Under the pieces are notes generated by a model. That model made no database searches. It was not told where the DNA came from and saw only the letters and a list, made by a program, of their open reading frames with translations. Position numbers and translations under genes: made by a program. From Chromera velia (lineage: Eukaryota), in assembly GCA_018398765.1 (NCBI GenBank), contig JAHBMJ010000326.1, positions 1 through 51,087 of the forward strand: DNA of 51,087 nucleotides, in the 5' to 3' direction. This document shows positions 35,717-48,127 of the stretch, one piece after another. Numbering within the stretch: the stretch's first letter is position 1; each line of letters starts with the position of its first letter.

Positions 35717-36718
35717 CTACAAACGTTGGGTTTGTTTGCTGGATTGAGACTCGCATTTCACTGGATATCTGTATGCAGTGACGGGACCGTAAGTAGAGCT
35801 CCATCTCTGACCAACAGAACCTGAGCTCGCAGTCTCGGGATTTGACTGAGTAGAAATTTGGGCAGCTTCGACTTTCACTCGCTGAAGGCGCTGCTCAGCT
35901 TCCTCGCGTGCACGCTGAACAGCAATTCTATGTTCGAGAGAACGGTAAGGGTGTTCCGTACTTTCTTCTTCTTCTTTAATGGAAGAGGGTTGTGAAGAAA
36001 AATCTCTTGCGTAAGGGTGCACAGGGGATGGGCGATGAGCTTGAGGGTTCCAGCTGTTTGCCATGACGTGTTGACCCCCTAAAGGACGATGGGCGGGGTG
36101 GGCGCCGTGGGGGGGGAGCGATGGATGGGAAGCGGGGTGGCCGTTGAAGCTCTTATTAAAACTTCCCCCAACCCCGGAGACAGGGGCAGGTCCCTGACCC
36201 ACGAGAGGAAGCGACCCGTGCAGTGGATGGAGGAGAGGAGATTGATTGGGAGGAAGACTCGATGACGTGGCAGAAGGTGGAACCGGGGAGGCACCAAATT
36301 TCGGGGGGGAGGGGATTTGAAGGAGAGGTTGAGAGGAAAGAGAAGTCTGTTGGGGAGGGAGTAGGGCTGAGGGGGAATGGCAGAACAGAACGCGGGGGGA
36401 GCGATTCAAAACCAGAGCAGCTGCAGAAAGCCACTGCAAAGGGTGATTGCTTTCTTCGAAAAGGGTGCCATACTGATCCACATTCCACACGATGCAGAAA
36501 GGAATGTCTTTCTTCAACATCGCGGATACCCAGACCTCCATAACCCGATATCTCTCCTCACGGTTGCCAGGACACGCGATTTGACTCCACGCCTTTGTCC
36601 AGGGCATGTGCAAGTGCAGTAGCTGACCTTTTTCATGGGCCGGGAAAAAGAATCGGGACCAGGTTTTCTTGGAACTCAACAGAACAACCCCACCGCTACG
36701 GGTCTGCTGCCACCGTTT
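35717..36718 (-). CDS. Uncharacterised protein (large exon; Pro/Ser-rich C-terminal half); upstream structure unresolved
   Basis: Open frame of ~330 codons downstream of a tgcag acceptor at 36721. The acidic upstream segment could not be spliced in phase. Confidence 0.4.
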   Translation of the reverse strand, partial: KRWQQTRSGGVVLLSSKKTWSRFFFPAHEKGQLLHLHMPWTKAWSQIACPGNREERYRVMEVWVSAMLKKDIPFCIVWNVDQYGTLFEESNHPLQWLSAAALVLNRSPRVLFCHSPSALLPPQQTSLSSQPLLQIPSPPKFGASPVPPSATSSSLPPNQSPLLHPLHGSLPLVGQGPAPVSGVGGSFNKSFNGHPASHPSLPPHGAHPAHRPLGGQHVMANSWNPQAHRPSPVHPYARDFSSQPSSIKEEEESTEHPYRSLEHRIAVQRAREEAEQRLQRVKVEAAQISTQSNPETASSGSVGQRWSSTYGPVTAYRYPVKCESQSSKQTQRL

Positions 36719-37605
36719 GACTGCATATTAATATCGGATTTTCTGTTTAGAATTCCGGGATACCTTGCCCCGTAGATTCAGCTCGTCGAGCTCCCTGTCG
36801 AGCTCTCCCCATTCTGCTTCGTCCCCCTGCTCTTCATCTTGAAGTTCCTCCTCCTCATCATCGCTCTCAAACTTCATCTCTGGCAGAGAGCCGGCAGACT
36901 GATTCTCTTAATTCCACTTTGATCTTTGCCTCCGGCACAGGATGAGCAAACTCCTCCTCCACTTTGACCTTCACAGTTCCGCGGAAGTGGAGAATGGAAC
37001 GAAAGTATTGAGCCTTTTCCATGCCTTGCCGAGGTCCAGGACAAAGATCCAAAGATCCGTCAAGCAAACTCGAACTCCGCCCCCTAGCTGCAGTGACATG
37101 CATGCAGTGACCCCTGCATATCCCCTGCATGCGATGCCTGGCTTTCGTGCATGGATGGCATTTTCGTGGCATTTGAATCCCATCCGGGGTGATGGACGAG
37201 ATTTGACGAGACGGAGGCGCTCAATGATATCTTTGTCAACGCGTGTCTGACAGCTTGAATCCACAAAGTCTACTCTTCAGACTTACGTCTTATACGTATA
37301 TATCGATCGACTGTATGCAGTTTTCCTTGTATCACTTTCGGTTGGAGTCGCATGGCCGTCTTCGTTCGTCTGTTCAGACTGTTTTACCCAGCTTAAACTT
37401 TTGGAGCAATTTCATGCAGAGTGAAAAATTCCCGTCTCCCTGATAGTTGAGTCTTCCGTCGGATGACTCGTTGAATTGCCTCTTGCTGATCTGACTTTCA
37501 GCAAATTCATTCTATCAAGTTTCCCTCCCGGATTCCTCACTTCTATTATCTTCTCCTCTATCGACTTACAGACGTAGCAGCAGGGCAGTCCAACCTCAGC
37601 ACAAA

Positions 37606-40198
37606 ATGGGGGATCAGGTCGACACGGCAAGTCTGAAGAAGGTCTCGGACATCCGGAGCATGTTCGAGAAGGGAGCGGCTCCCAAGTCAGTGAGCAGCCA
37701 CAGCAGCACGCATGCAGACTTGTTCCGTGGCAATGGAGAAATGAAGATTATTCAGTAATTGATCAGCACATGCTCGTGCACCTTTTTGCCTTTTGGATTC
37801 TTCTTTGCAGCGCTCCAGATCCTGGCAAGGCCAAAGAGCCTCCCCCCAAACCAAAGCTGATATCAGGAATTCCCCTCGTCCAACCCCCAAAAGAGAAAGA
37901 GAGCGATCCTCCCAAGCCAGCCACAACGCCGACGGGCACAGCAAAAGTAGCCGCAGCCGCAGAAGTATTTGAGGCCCAGGGCACTGCAGAGTCCTCAGAG
38001 ATCAGGTGGGCGGGTGGGTGGGTATCTTCCTTTTCTTTCGTTGCCTCCAGCAGCCGTCTCCTTTTCGGCGTATCCTCACTGTTTCCTTCTCCAGGTCTCC
38101 TTTTCAGCCGCCTCGTGTGTTGTGCTTTTCATTCACCTGCCCGCCTACAATCCCTGTCTCTGTCCGTTTCATTCTTGTTTTTGAGCTCTGACAGAGGGAA
38201 CGATCGGAAGTGGAAGGTCGGAGGAAAAGATTCTGCAGCAGAAGAGGGAGGCACCCCGGCGGGGAAAGGAGGGGTGGATGGAGGGCGGAAGTGGAAGGTC
38301 GGAGGAAAAGATTCTGCAGCAGAAGAGGGAGGCACCCCGGCGGGGAAAGGAGGGGTGGATGGAGGTCGGAAGGAGAAGGAGGGAGGGGGCTCGTCTCAGT
38401 CGCCCTCATCGAGAGCACAGCCGGGTGCGGGGTCGGCGGCAATAAAAAATCTGGCGGCCCAGTTGGAGGGCAAAATAAACTTTGGGTGGGTGGGTTTGGC
38501 TCTCTGTCTGTCTGTCTCGTCGACTTTAAGTTTCTTCACAAAGGCTAATTGCAGTTGTACAATTCGATTCAGTGCAGATATGCATGTGTCCTTTCTTTTC
38601 TTTGCCGTATGGGTTTTGCGTTTTATTGTTTTTTCAATCTGGTTTGGAACGCGCGATCTTTTTTTTTCTTCAATGAGGAGGACTGCTTCCTATTGTATTC
38701 AAACAACATGTAGGCCTTGATCTTCTCCGGCGTGAACACTTCCATTTTTGTTTTCTGATCTGTCAGTAGAAGCGAATGTCAAGAGGATTCTCGTGGTTCC
38801 TCTCTCCTCAGTGTGACAGAATCCCTTCAGCTTGAAGCATTAGCGCCGCTTCTCCGTGTGAGCCAAGCAAAGTCGGGGTCTTGGTTCATTCGAGGGTGCA
38901 CTCTGTAGACGTCTCGGTTGACGAAATCGGAATTTGAAACTGCGCTTCTTAACAGCCCTCGGGCCCCCTCGTGGAAACGAATACACTGATTTATGAGCAG
39001 AGATCCGCATGTGTTCCTCTGAGTGCTCGCAGTGGAGGAGGCGCACGTCCCCCCGGAGACGGAGGGGGGGGGAGAGGGGAGCCCGGTGTGCCTCTGAGTG
39101 ACCCCAGTCAAAGCGAAGCTCCTCATAAGTGAGTTAGAGAGTTGTTCAGTTCGTGAGTGAAAGAGTCATCTAGTGCAAGAGAGAAGAGGGAGGGTCGGNG
39201 GGGGGGTTGATCAGAGTACTTTCTAGTTCTTTTTGTTTTGCTACGGTTGAAAGCTCCTCGAAATCTGCCGGATCTGTTTCTTGGATCTTGCCTTTCTCTG
39301 GCGCACACAGTCTCCCTCTCTCTTTCTCTGAGCGCGCCTGCGTGTGTGTGTGAGTGTGTGTGAGAGAGAGAGAGAGACAGAGAGAGTGAGAGTGAGACTA
39401 TGTGCGAGCGTCTCGGAGTGAAGGAGAGGAAGGAAAAGCGTGCGCGTGTGTTTGTGCATATTTGCAGAGTCGCGTTGTTAGGGTTTGAACAGAGTGATCT
39501 TTTTCGTCGAAAGCAAAAAGAGCGTCTCGACGGGGAAGGTAATGGGGTCCAGAAGGACGGGCAGAAGAACCTGGTGGGCATGGGCCTGGTAGAGAACGCA
39601 TTGCAGAAGAGTGAGAGTGATCCTGACAGTAGCAAGGGAAAGGGGTGGGAAGGCAGCGCTACCGGAGAGGGCGAGGGAGGGGGGGGCGAGAGTGTCCAGG
39701 AGGGAGAAGCGGGAAGCGAGAAGGGGGAAGGAAAGTCAGGAGCGTCGCGCATCGTCCAAGTGAGTGGGGGGCGGAGGGGGATTTCTTTTTTAAAACCATC
39801 GGTCTCTCACCTTTCAATTCCTTGGCTGCTTTTCCCGGACGCTCTTCTGTCAGAAATAGTGGATAGAGCAGCAGAGAACTCATATGGTCTCTCAGCAATA
39901 CCGTTGCAGGGCGTGCAGGAAGGGAAACAGTGTTACGTTGTCCTTCCAAAAAATATTATTCGATCTCTCTGTCTCTGTCAGTCTCTTTCGGTCTTTCTGA
40001 CTCCACCATTTAATTTCTTGCTCTTTCCCACTATCTTGTGCATCCGCCCTCTCTCTCTCTCTCTCTCCCTCTGTGTGTGTGTGTGTGTGTGTGTATGTGT
40101 GTGTGTGAGAGAGAGAGAGCGCGCGCGTGCGAGTGTATACCTGTGTGTATGTGAGTGTGTCTTTGTGTGCCTGTGAGTGTGTCTTTGTGTGCCTGTGA

Positions 40199-40251
<53 letters not shown>

Positions 40252-40267
40252 GGAGTGACTGTGTGCT

Positions 40268-40303
<36 letters not shown>

Positions 40304-40361
40304 TCTGTGTGTGTGTGTGTGCGCGTGTGTGTGTGTGCGAGAGAGAGAGAGAGGGAGTGAC

Positions 40362-40396
<35 letters not shown>

Positions 40397-40949
40397 ATGT
40401 GTGTTCTCCAGGTCCAGATGGCCAAGGCCGGTGTTGGGACGGGACGGACGAGCGGGTCAGTGAGGACTTCTGTGCTTTCTTGTATTTGAAGTATTGGCAA
40501 AAAAAGTAGAGAGCCAGGGGGGATGGAGGAGAGATAAAATTGACCCATCCTTTCTTTCGGTGGACTATTTTGTGGCTATTGAAAGAATCTCGATCGCTAC
40601 TAAACATGGAATTGATTGAAAAGGTGAGGGAGGGGTTGGTATTAAGGAACGCAGCGGGAGCGAGGTGAGTGGGAGACCGGACAAATCACAAACGTGAAGA
40701 GATGCCCTCCCCAGCAACAAGAAGTCATGAATCTGTCTTCTCCACCCTTTTTCATCGCTTGTCGCTTTCGATCAATTTCTCCGCTCACATTGTTTCATAA
40801 TTTCTGTATGCAATCAGCTCTTTTGCTCCTCTGCTCTGTTCCTGAAGCAGAAAAGGGAGCAGGGGTGGGAAAGGAACAAATGGGTCGTCCAAAAGATCGA
40901 GAGGGAAAACCCGAAAGGAACTTCATGGGAGAATGGAGAAAGAGATTGA
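37606..40949 (+). CDS. Multi-exon low-complexity (Gly/Lys/Glu/Pro-rich) protein of unknown function
   Basis: caaaATG at 37606 ([26 protein letters not shown]). In-phase GT-AG exons at about 37811-38005 and 38195-38484. Further candidate exons at about 39468-39759, 40412-40455 and 40851-40949. The 3' structure is tentative. Confidence 0.55.
38205..38366 (+). repeat. 81-bp coding tandem duplication ([27 protein letters not shown] x2)
   Basis: Units 38205-38285 and 38286-38366 are near identical and keep the frame. Confidence 0.9.
40049..40402. repeat. Compound (CT)/(GT)/(GA) microsatellite in an intron
   Basis: Direct reading. Confidence 0.9.
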
Positions 40950-42180
40950 AATATGCCCATTCTTTCACTTCCATGGTGTCTCTGACGTTTTCTCGATTGT
41001 TCTATCTGATTGTGATTGCCTTCTTTAGCCATGTTCCAATTGGAGCTACAATTGCAGATCTTTGTGGATGTGCACGGTGAGACTCGTGGCTGTCTCTCTG
41101 CATGCAGGGCTGCGGATCTTGTCGATGACCCTGACATCTCTTTTTAAACAGCGGACTAGACACCGGATCGATCGGCAAGCTAGGGGTCAACATGTGTGTA
41201 CACATGCATAGCAAATTATTATGTAAGGCAATCAAACTCGATCACAGCTGTTAATTCAAGACTCAATTGCGACGGTTGCTCACAAATGGGGCCCTTTAAT
41301 GGGCTGTGTAACGTGCTTTGCCTATAGCAGTCTAGACATATATATGATATATAACTAAAAACCATACACTTAAAGTTTTAATTAAATATAAATAAACCAG
41401 CAAATAAAGACTAAAATAAACCCTATAGAATAAACCTGATTTCTTGGAGTTCATATAAGTCTAGATATAAGTTCATCTTAGATTTTATTAATCTGTATAG
41501 ATTTAGTTAGGAATATACTAGTAGGCATAAATTTCCATATTGATTACTTAATTTAAGTAAATTTAAGATAAAATAGGATAAGATTTATATTCTGGGAATC
41601 TCCGTGGTCTACAAACTAGTCCACAAACGCTGAGTCTCTGACCTTCGTGTCATGATATCACTCCACCACCAGATAACGGCTTGTACCTAGGCTTGTACTA
41701 ATGATATGCCAGATATGGTCTGATCTGGTATATTCCGCTCCATTTCTTTTAGATATAGTTTCCACTAATGATACCACAAGACTGGCCTTGAATCAAAGGT
41801 GTTTAGTCACTTGTGATTAGAATATATTTAATTATCCTATGAAGTGATTGAATGTGATTGAATAAATTGATTAATTAGCCAAAGTCCGATTCTTACTAGT
41901 CTTTAATACCTTAGGTCATTCTAATGGTGCATGGTTTTTTTTTTACGTTATAAAAACAAATGTTTTGGGAGTAGCCTAGAGGTTTGTGCACATCCAGTAC
42001 ACTGTATGCATGGCCCAGCCTATGCAGCCCGGGCCAGCCATGCACACGCCGGCGCAGCCTATGCACTGCTCCTCCTAGCGGCCGCGGCCATGCATCGGTG
42101 TATACATTCGGAGCCGAATAGCCGATTGTACAGGTTGCATCAAAAATCGGGTCTTCATGCATGAGTTTCAAACATAAGGT

Positions 42181-43881
42181 TAGTGACCATGTTTGATTTG
42201 ATTATATTTAATTTGATTTGATTTGATTTGATTTGAGCTTCAACCTCAAATATTTGATATTTGAGGTAAGATTTGAGGTTAACCTCTTAGGGTTCCTCAC
42301 TGAGTCACTGACTTACTGTCACTCTGATCATTTTTCTCATGACAATAGTTATCAGAACATTTCTGATATGTGTTTCAAAAATTTAAAAATATATATATAT
42401 AATTATAACTTATCAGTTCCATAAAAAAAATATGCCTGTGTGGCAGTGTATATACACTAGTCACTGAGACTCACTCTAGTACTAGTAGAGATTAAGAATG
42501 TAAAATTGATAGATTTGAAATTGCATATGACTTTTTGTTGATACGATAAAGTTAGAGCACATACCAAAATTGAGGTGACAATCACTCAGCTTTATGGCAC
42601 TTCTCGGGATTCAAAAAGGAGGCTGAATCCATCTCAAAGTTCTCTGTCAGCCAATGGATTGTGATCGCCAGGAACCCTAACTTTCCTGAATACGACCACA
42701 TGTCGAGGGTGATCGACACTCGTCAGGTCGCTGCTTTTCTCAACCTGTCTTTGATTGACAGAATAATCTCGTTCTTCAGTGTTGGGAGCAGAAGTCTCTG
42801 CACCTTCCTCACAGACAGGAGAAGTGGTCGGAGGGGGCGGGGAGGACCAATTTGAAACTAAAGGAGGCGTCCGCAGACGCAAATGCTGAGAAGGCTGGGG
42901 GGAAACTTCCCCCTCCTGAGAAAGTTATCACTCCGGGTGAGGAAGGCTACCGACCTCTCTATATTTACCTCCAATACAAGGGGCTTGTTGTCGGCCCTGG
43001 CACGGTACAGAGGGTAGCCGAACTTACCAACTCTGGATGCTTAGCTGCCCAGAAACAGGACGGTTCCAACACTAGTGTATATACACTGCCACACAGGCAT
43101 ATTTTTTTTATGGAACTGATAAGTTATAATTTTATATATATTTTTTTAAATTTTTGAAACACACATCAGAAAATGTTCAATATAACTATTGTCATGAGAA
43201 AAATGATCAGAGATAGTAAGTCAGTGACTCAGTGAGGAACCCTAAGAGGTTAACCTCAAATCTTACCTCAAATATCAAATATTTGAGGTTGAAGCTCAAA
43301 TCAAATCAAATCAAATCAAATCAAATATAATCAAATCAAACATGGTCACTATCCCCCAACACTCCAAGCTGCTCTTAAAAACATTTTTCAAGATTAAATT
43401 TTTGAGCGGCACTTAATTTCAACTTAGGATTTTTGAGCGGCGGCACCATTTCGTGCCACCAAAATTTATCTCATGCGCGACGCGATGCGCTGCCTTTACG
43501 GAGCACCGCGCAGCCCCGTATATATTTTAAGGCCTAGGCCGTATATGATATAGGCTGTGCTTGCGGCACAGCTTTTTAAGACATAGGCCGCGCCTGCGGC
43601 GCGGCCTTTCAAAAATGGATTTTTGAGCGGCACAAAATTTTAAGTAGCCTTGAGTGTCAGGGGGGTAGTTTTTTCATTTGAATCAGCATGCGTGATGGAT
43701 CGGTACTTGCAAAAGTTTTTTCGGGACCTTCATATTTGAGGTTGAAAGTCATATTGATCAAATATTTGATCGTATTTTGATAGGTCTTTAAACACTAGGT
43801 CCTCCCTGACTGGATATTTGATTTGAGCTTAAGCCCTACCTCAAATCAAATCAAATCAAATCAAATCAAACATGGTCACTA
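42181..43881. mobile_element. hAT-like non-autonomous element with an internal inverted copy of its own left end
   Basis: TIR tagtgaccatgtttgatttga / tcaaatcaaacatggtcacta. TSD cataaggt (42173-42180) / cacaaggt (43882-43889). ATTTG subterminal arrays. 42181-42461 is repeated inverted at 43071-43351. Confidence 0.85.
43352..43668. mobile_element. Small MITE nested in the hAT element (right end ...gagtgtcaggggggtag)
   Basis: Imperfect TIR: left (cta)tcccccaacactccaagctgct vs reverse-complemented right ctacccccctgacactcaaggctact. Three ttttgagcggc repeats and internal GC hairpins. The left flank is occupied by the hAT end copy, so no TSD can be seen. Confidence 0.6.
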
Positions 43882-44638
43882 CACAAGGTAAGATGCAAAC
43901 TTAAAGTCACAGCAAGCCATGATATCAGTCTGAGATGACTGAGGCCTGATATGCGTGTTTTGGTGTAGTGTGTGCATATTCATGCAATGAGAACGTGTAT
44001 GAACTTTCAACCGCGTATTCATATGATATGTTATTTGTTAGTTTAATAAGTTTATAAATTATAAGATTTTATAAAATTTTAGTAACACTGTAACACAGTC
44101 TAGTATAGTAACTGTTATACTACTGCCTATTAACAGTGCCTAACAGCTAGATAGCCTCTGTTTATCTTTTTCAAAACCAATTTTTTATAGTCATAAACTG
44201 TATTAAAAAAAAAAAAATCAAAAATGTAGCCCAGGGGGCTCTGCCCCCCGAACCCCCTCTTAATTAATTTAGGAATATATTCCTGATTATATTACTTTTG
44301 AAGTGAGTAACTAGTGAATAAATATATTCCGTGATTAAACACCTTTGCCTTGAATTTGGGGCCTGAAAACCCGGTAACCATCGTAAGTTACACGACATAA
44401 ATTTTTAGACTATAACGCCTAAACTTGAATTTATAGTATTTACTTAATTTATGTCTCGTTTTACCGTCGTATAACTTCTAGCGTAACTTTTGTAGAACAT
44501 AGCGGAACATGCATAGACAGTGGTAGAGACCACATGAATAAGGTACACAGACTAGTCCAGAGAGTACATCATACTGTACATGATGTTCCATGCATACATG
44601 TCAATTGATGGCATGCGGCTGATCAGTATAGATATTTA

Positions 44639-47600
44639 TCATGACAACAGCTTTTCACAAAAGGTGCGGCTGTCTTCGTGTGAAATGGCCATCTCTTCTT
44701 TAAAGAAATGAAAAACGGAGCCGAAAACAGCCACAAACTTCGCCATTGTGTACACCACTGCAAAGAAAATGATAATTCTTCCGCTCTTGCGGACCAGAGC
44801 TGTGTGAATGACAGGCAGATTCAGACATCGAGCAACAACAAGCATCTCAAAAAAACGAATGCAAACTTCCAGAAACAGGAGAACGGCAGCATCGCGACAC
44901 CCTCGTGTCAATGCCTCTTCATCTCCAAGCACCACTCGTTGGATGAGACCCACTCCCGAGTTAAAGTATGCAATCAAGACAAAATCCATCAAAACTCCCA
45001 AACAATACAAATCTGTTGTCAGACGCCTCCAATAGGGGTCCACCAAACAGTCCCCGATCGTCACATGCCGACCCCAAAACACTTTGCGAAGGGCCCTCAC
45101 AGCAACAGGCGCTGTGACTGCTTGAAAGGCATCAGACAGACCGACAATGAGCGAGAAGCGAATTTTTTCACCCAGACCAACAAACAGCGTTGCCTGGCTG
45201 ATCTTCAACCAAAAAGTTGAGTTGTCACCAAGAAAGCTGGTGCAACCACGAGGAAGACCCTCTGAGGTTCCATTCTCTTCATCCCTGCTGCAATGCCAAA
45301 GGCGACCCATACTGCAGGAAGAGTAAACACTTGAACACCCAGAAGCACCCCGACTGTCTTCACAAAACTCCGACCCCAGTGATTCGGAACTCCAAATCCC
45401 AAAACAGACTTGGGGATCTCTGTAGCCTCACTGAAAAGGCCCCACCTCCTCATTTCTCCTATCGACCAATGATACACAAGCAAACCAGAGAGTACAGGTA
45501 CGCCCCAAGCAATCGCAAGGAGCAACCACGACCAGAGACGGAGACGCAATCCTACCCTCCTGTCTTGCTGTTTCCCCTCCCATGCACAACTACTCTCACA
45601 TCGCCCTCTGAAGAGACGCATTCCACGATGGTCAAACAACACCTGAAGGCCAAAACTCCAATGACGTCTCTTTCCCTGCCCCCCCTTTTTGTGGACCTGT
45701 TGGTCAGAATGCTCACTGTCAACGCACCGACAGCTGCCCTCAGACGGAGACACAGAGTGCCGCCCCACCTTCTCATCTATGTCGCCCTTATCCATCCCTG
45801 TCTGTCTGGGGGGTGTCTCTGGGCGGGATTCCCTCGGAGCACCAACTGGATTCTCTGAAGGCCCTGCCTGGCAGTGCCCCTCGTTCAACAAACCCCCCCC
45901 ACCTGTCCCTCCCATTCTCTCCCAATCTGCAGAAGGGAGGACAGAGGAGACTAAGGGAGGAGAGCGTGAGTCCACAGGGGGCTCCTCAGGAAGGGCAGCG
46001 ATCAAATGGGAGGGCACAGAGGAGGAGGCGCCAACCCGATTCTCACAGCCCCCGTCTGAAGGGGCAACATCCCCCTCAGGCTCTTCCCCTTGGCTTTGCT
46101 TCACGGTGGGACTTTGTTCCCACACGGGGGAGGGCCACACTGGGGGGGGCGGATGAGGGGAGAGAGGGATTCCATCTTCTCTATCTTCCTTAGGCTGTCC
46201 ATTTGAGCTCCCCCTCTCCCCCCCCTCTTGCTGTCTATCCAGTCCCCCCACACTGGAAGAGGCGAGGCGAGGTCTGGTTGTCACAAGGGGCTGCGAGACA
46301 GAGACAGATAAACGAAAAGGGGCCACTGGAGGAACAGGAAGGGACTCACGGCGTCCCTCCTCCATTAGATTCTCTTCAGCGGCTGCAAAGGAGGACAGAG
46401 GCCTCTCCCATCCCCCCCCTGACAGGGTCTCTGCTGCTTGACAAACAACTTCTCCCATTCCCGCCCCCATCTCTGCTTCAGAAGAACCCACCTTTTCAAT
46501 CTCTAATTCTCCTCTATCTCCTCTATTTCTACTCTCACATTCAACTCCCCCATCCTTTTGACCTGCCCTTCGCGTACACCCTGACCCCCGTCTGCGTTCA
46601 TTCCCAAACCATCTCACCCACCCTCGCAACCCAATGCATACACCCGAACAAACACGCCCCCACAGCCCCGACATCAACAACCTCTCACTGCTCCTGTCTG
46701 CCTTCAGGAAAGCAGCCTCTCCTACACAAAACTCAAAAATCGTCCCGGGTTCCCTCAAAACCCACGAGGATGGACGCACAGATTCGCTCTTAAGAAACCG
46801 TAAAAGGTGTTCCGATCCCAACAGGGGAGAGGCGCCATCGAGCATTCTCAATCGAGACAGCTGAGATAAATTTCCAACCCTCATCACTTTCTCGTTTCCC
46901 TGGCCCTCCCTTGCAGTCTTGAACGTGTGCACCTGCTGCGATGCCACTGCGCAGTCCTCTAAATTGAGTCCCCCGTCTCCCTCTCTCTCTTTCTTCCCCT
47001 CTTCCTCTTCTGCACACATCCCCTCAAATGAATCCAGGTGACTACCCTCTCCTTCTCTGTCCCCTTCCCATTCCATTCCCGCACCCTTCAACTTTGGCAC
47101 AGACACACAAAGGCAGGTCTCTTCGAACCTGCTGTGTAGATCAAAGGCGGCGCACAGAAGGGGCACCAGCTGGAAGAGAAGGCCAAAGACCCACGACACG
47201 ACGCTGTGCTCGAGGGAAGGGGGGCCCTGCGAGAAGGTCACTATCTCGAAGAGGGGTAAGATAAGAAAAGATCCAGTGAGAAGAGCGACCGGAGCCTCTC
47301 ACCGACTGTCCTGAAACGTGGAAACGCACCAACCAAGAACCAGACGATGACCATATTGAAGAAGTTGACCAGGTATACGTGCAGGGCCTTGTTCACCGCA
47401 ATGTCCTGTCGGTTGCGTTCTTCGAAGACTTCAGAAAACTCGGCGCACGGTGTTGCAGTGCGCAGCACAGTCCACAGGATGATTGGAAACTGAAAAAGAG
47501 ACAGGAGAAGTGTCACCACCACGTAAACAAGGAGCACAACAGCAACTCTTCCTGCGCACATGCAGAGAGAATCGCAGGACGCAGAACGATCCCAGAGAAC

Positions 47601-47852
47601 CCGGAGAACTGTAGGAGTATCTCGAAGAGAGACGTCGCTGTGTTTGCCGCTTTCAGAAAGTTCGCAAGGATACTGGTACAAGCTGCGATTCAACCGCCTG
47701 AGGGAGAGCTCCTCGCCCTTCTTTACTCCAACTACAGAGCCTGACAGGTAGTGCATCACCTGCCTGGCAGTCGTCTGCTGAAACTGCAAAAACTTGGGGA
47801 TTGCCCTTCCCCCTTTGCTGCAACACATGTTGGGCATCTTCAAACCGAGCAT
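44639..47852 (-). pseudogene. Intronless multi-pass membrane protein gene broken by two -1 frameshifts (pseudogene or homopolymer sequencing errors)
   Basis: Three abutting ORFs (203, 678 and 223 aa) with hydrophobic helices at both ends and a long disordered middle. Adding one T in the T-runs near 47266-47269 and 45211-45215 fuses them. Confidence 0.6.
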
Positions 47853-48014
47853 CAGGCCTCAAGGCCGGGAATTGGTATGCTGAACTTCGGTTTGTGGACT
47901 GCCTCACCTCTCCACGGTCGACTCTCTTCCGTAGAAGTGTCATGAAGTGTCGTGAGTAGTCGTGAGATGTCGTAAACCTTTGAACGGTCTGCAAATCAAC
48001 ACCATGCATTTAGG

Positions 48015-48127
48015 GCGCGCGGATGGCCCCGGAAAGCGAAGCGGGGGGCACTTACAAAACAGCCAAAACAGAAATACCCCATGCAGCCCACGCATGGCCC
48101 GGAAAGCGAAGGGGGGGGCACTTAACG
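48015..48127. repeat. Two GGCC(C)CGGAAAGCGAAG..GGGGGCACTTA units related to the 18910-19415 cluster
   Basis: Units near 48025-48054 and 48096-48124, lying 5' of the membrane protein gene. Confidence 0.65.

Larger units (their letters stand above)
41794..44347. mobile_element. Non-autonomous TIR element, P-superfamily-like (CAAAGG ends, 8-bp TSD), hosting nested elements
   Basis: TIR caaaggtgtttagtcac / gtgattaaacacctttg (16 of 17 match). Exact TSD ccttgaat at 41786-41793 and 44348-44355. The superfamily is inferred from end and TSD pattern only. Confidence 0.82.

Noticed and set aside
44229..44259. GC hairpin gggggctctgcccccc as a terminator or Helitron end
   Set aside because: It lies inside a TIR element with clear ends, and no CTRR terminus follows at the expected distance.
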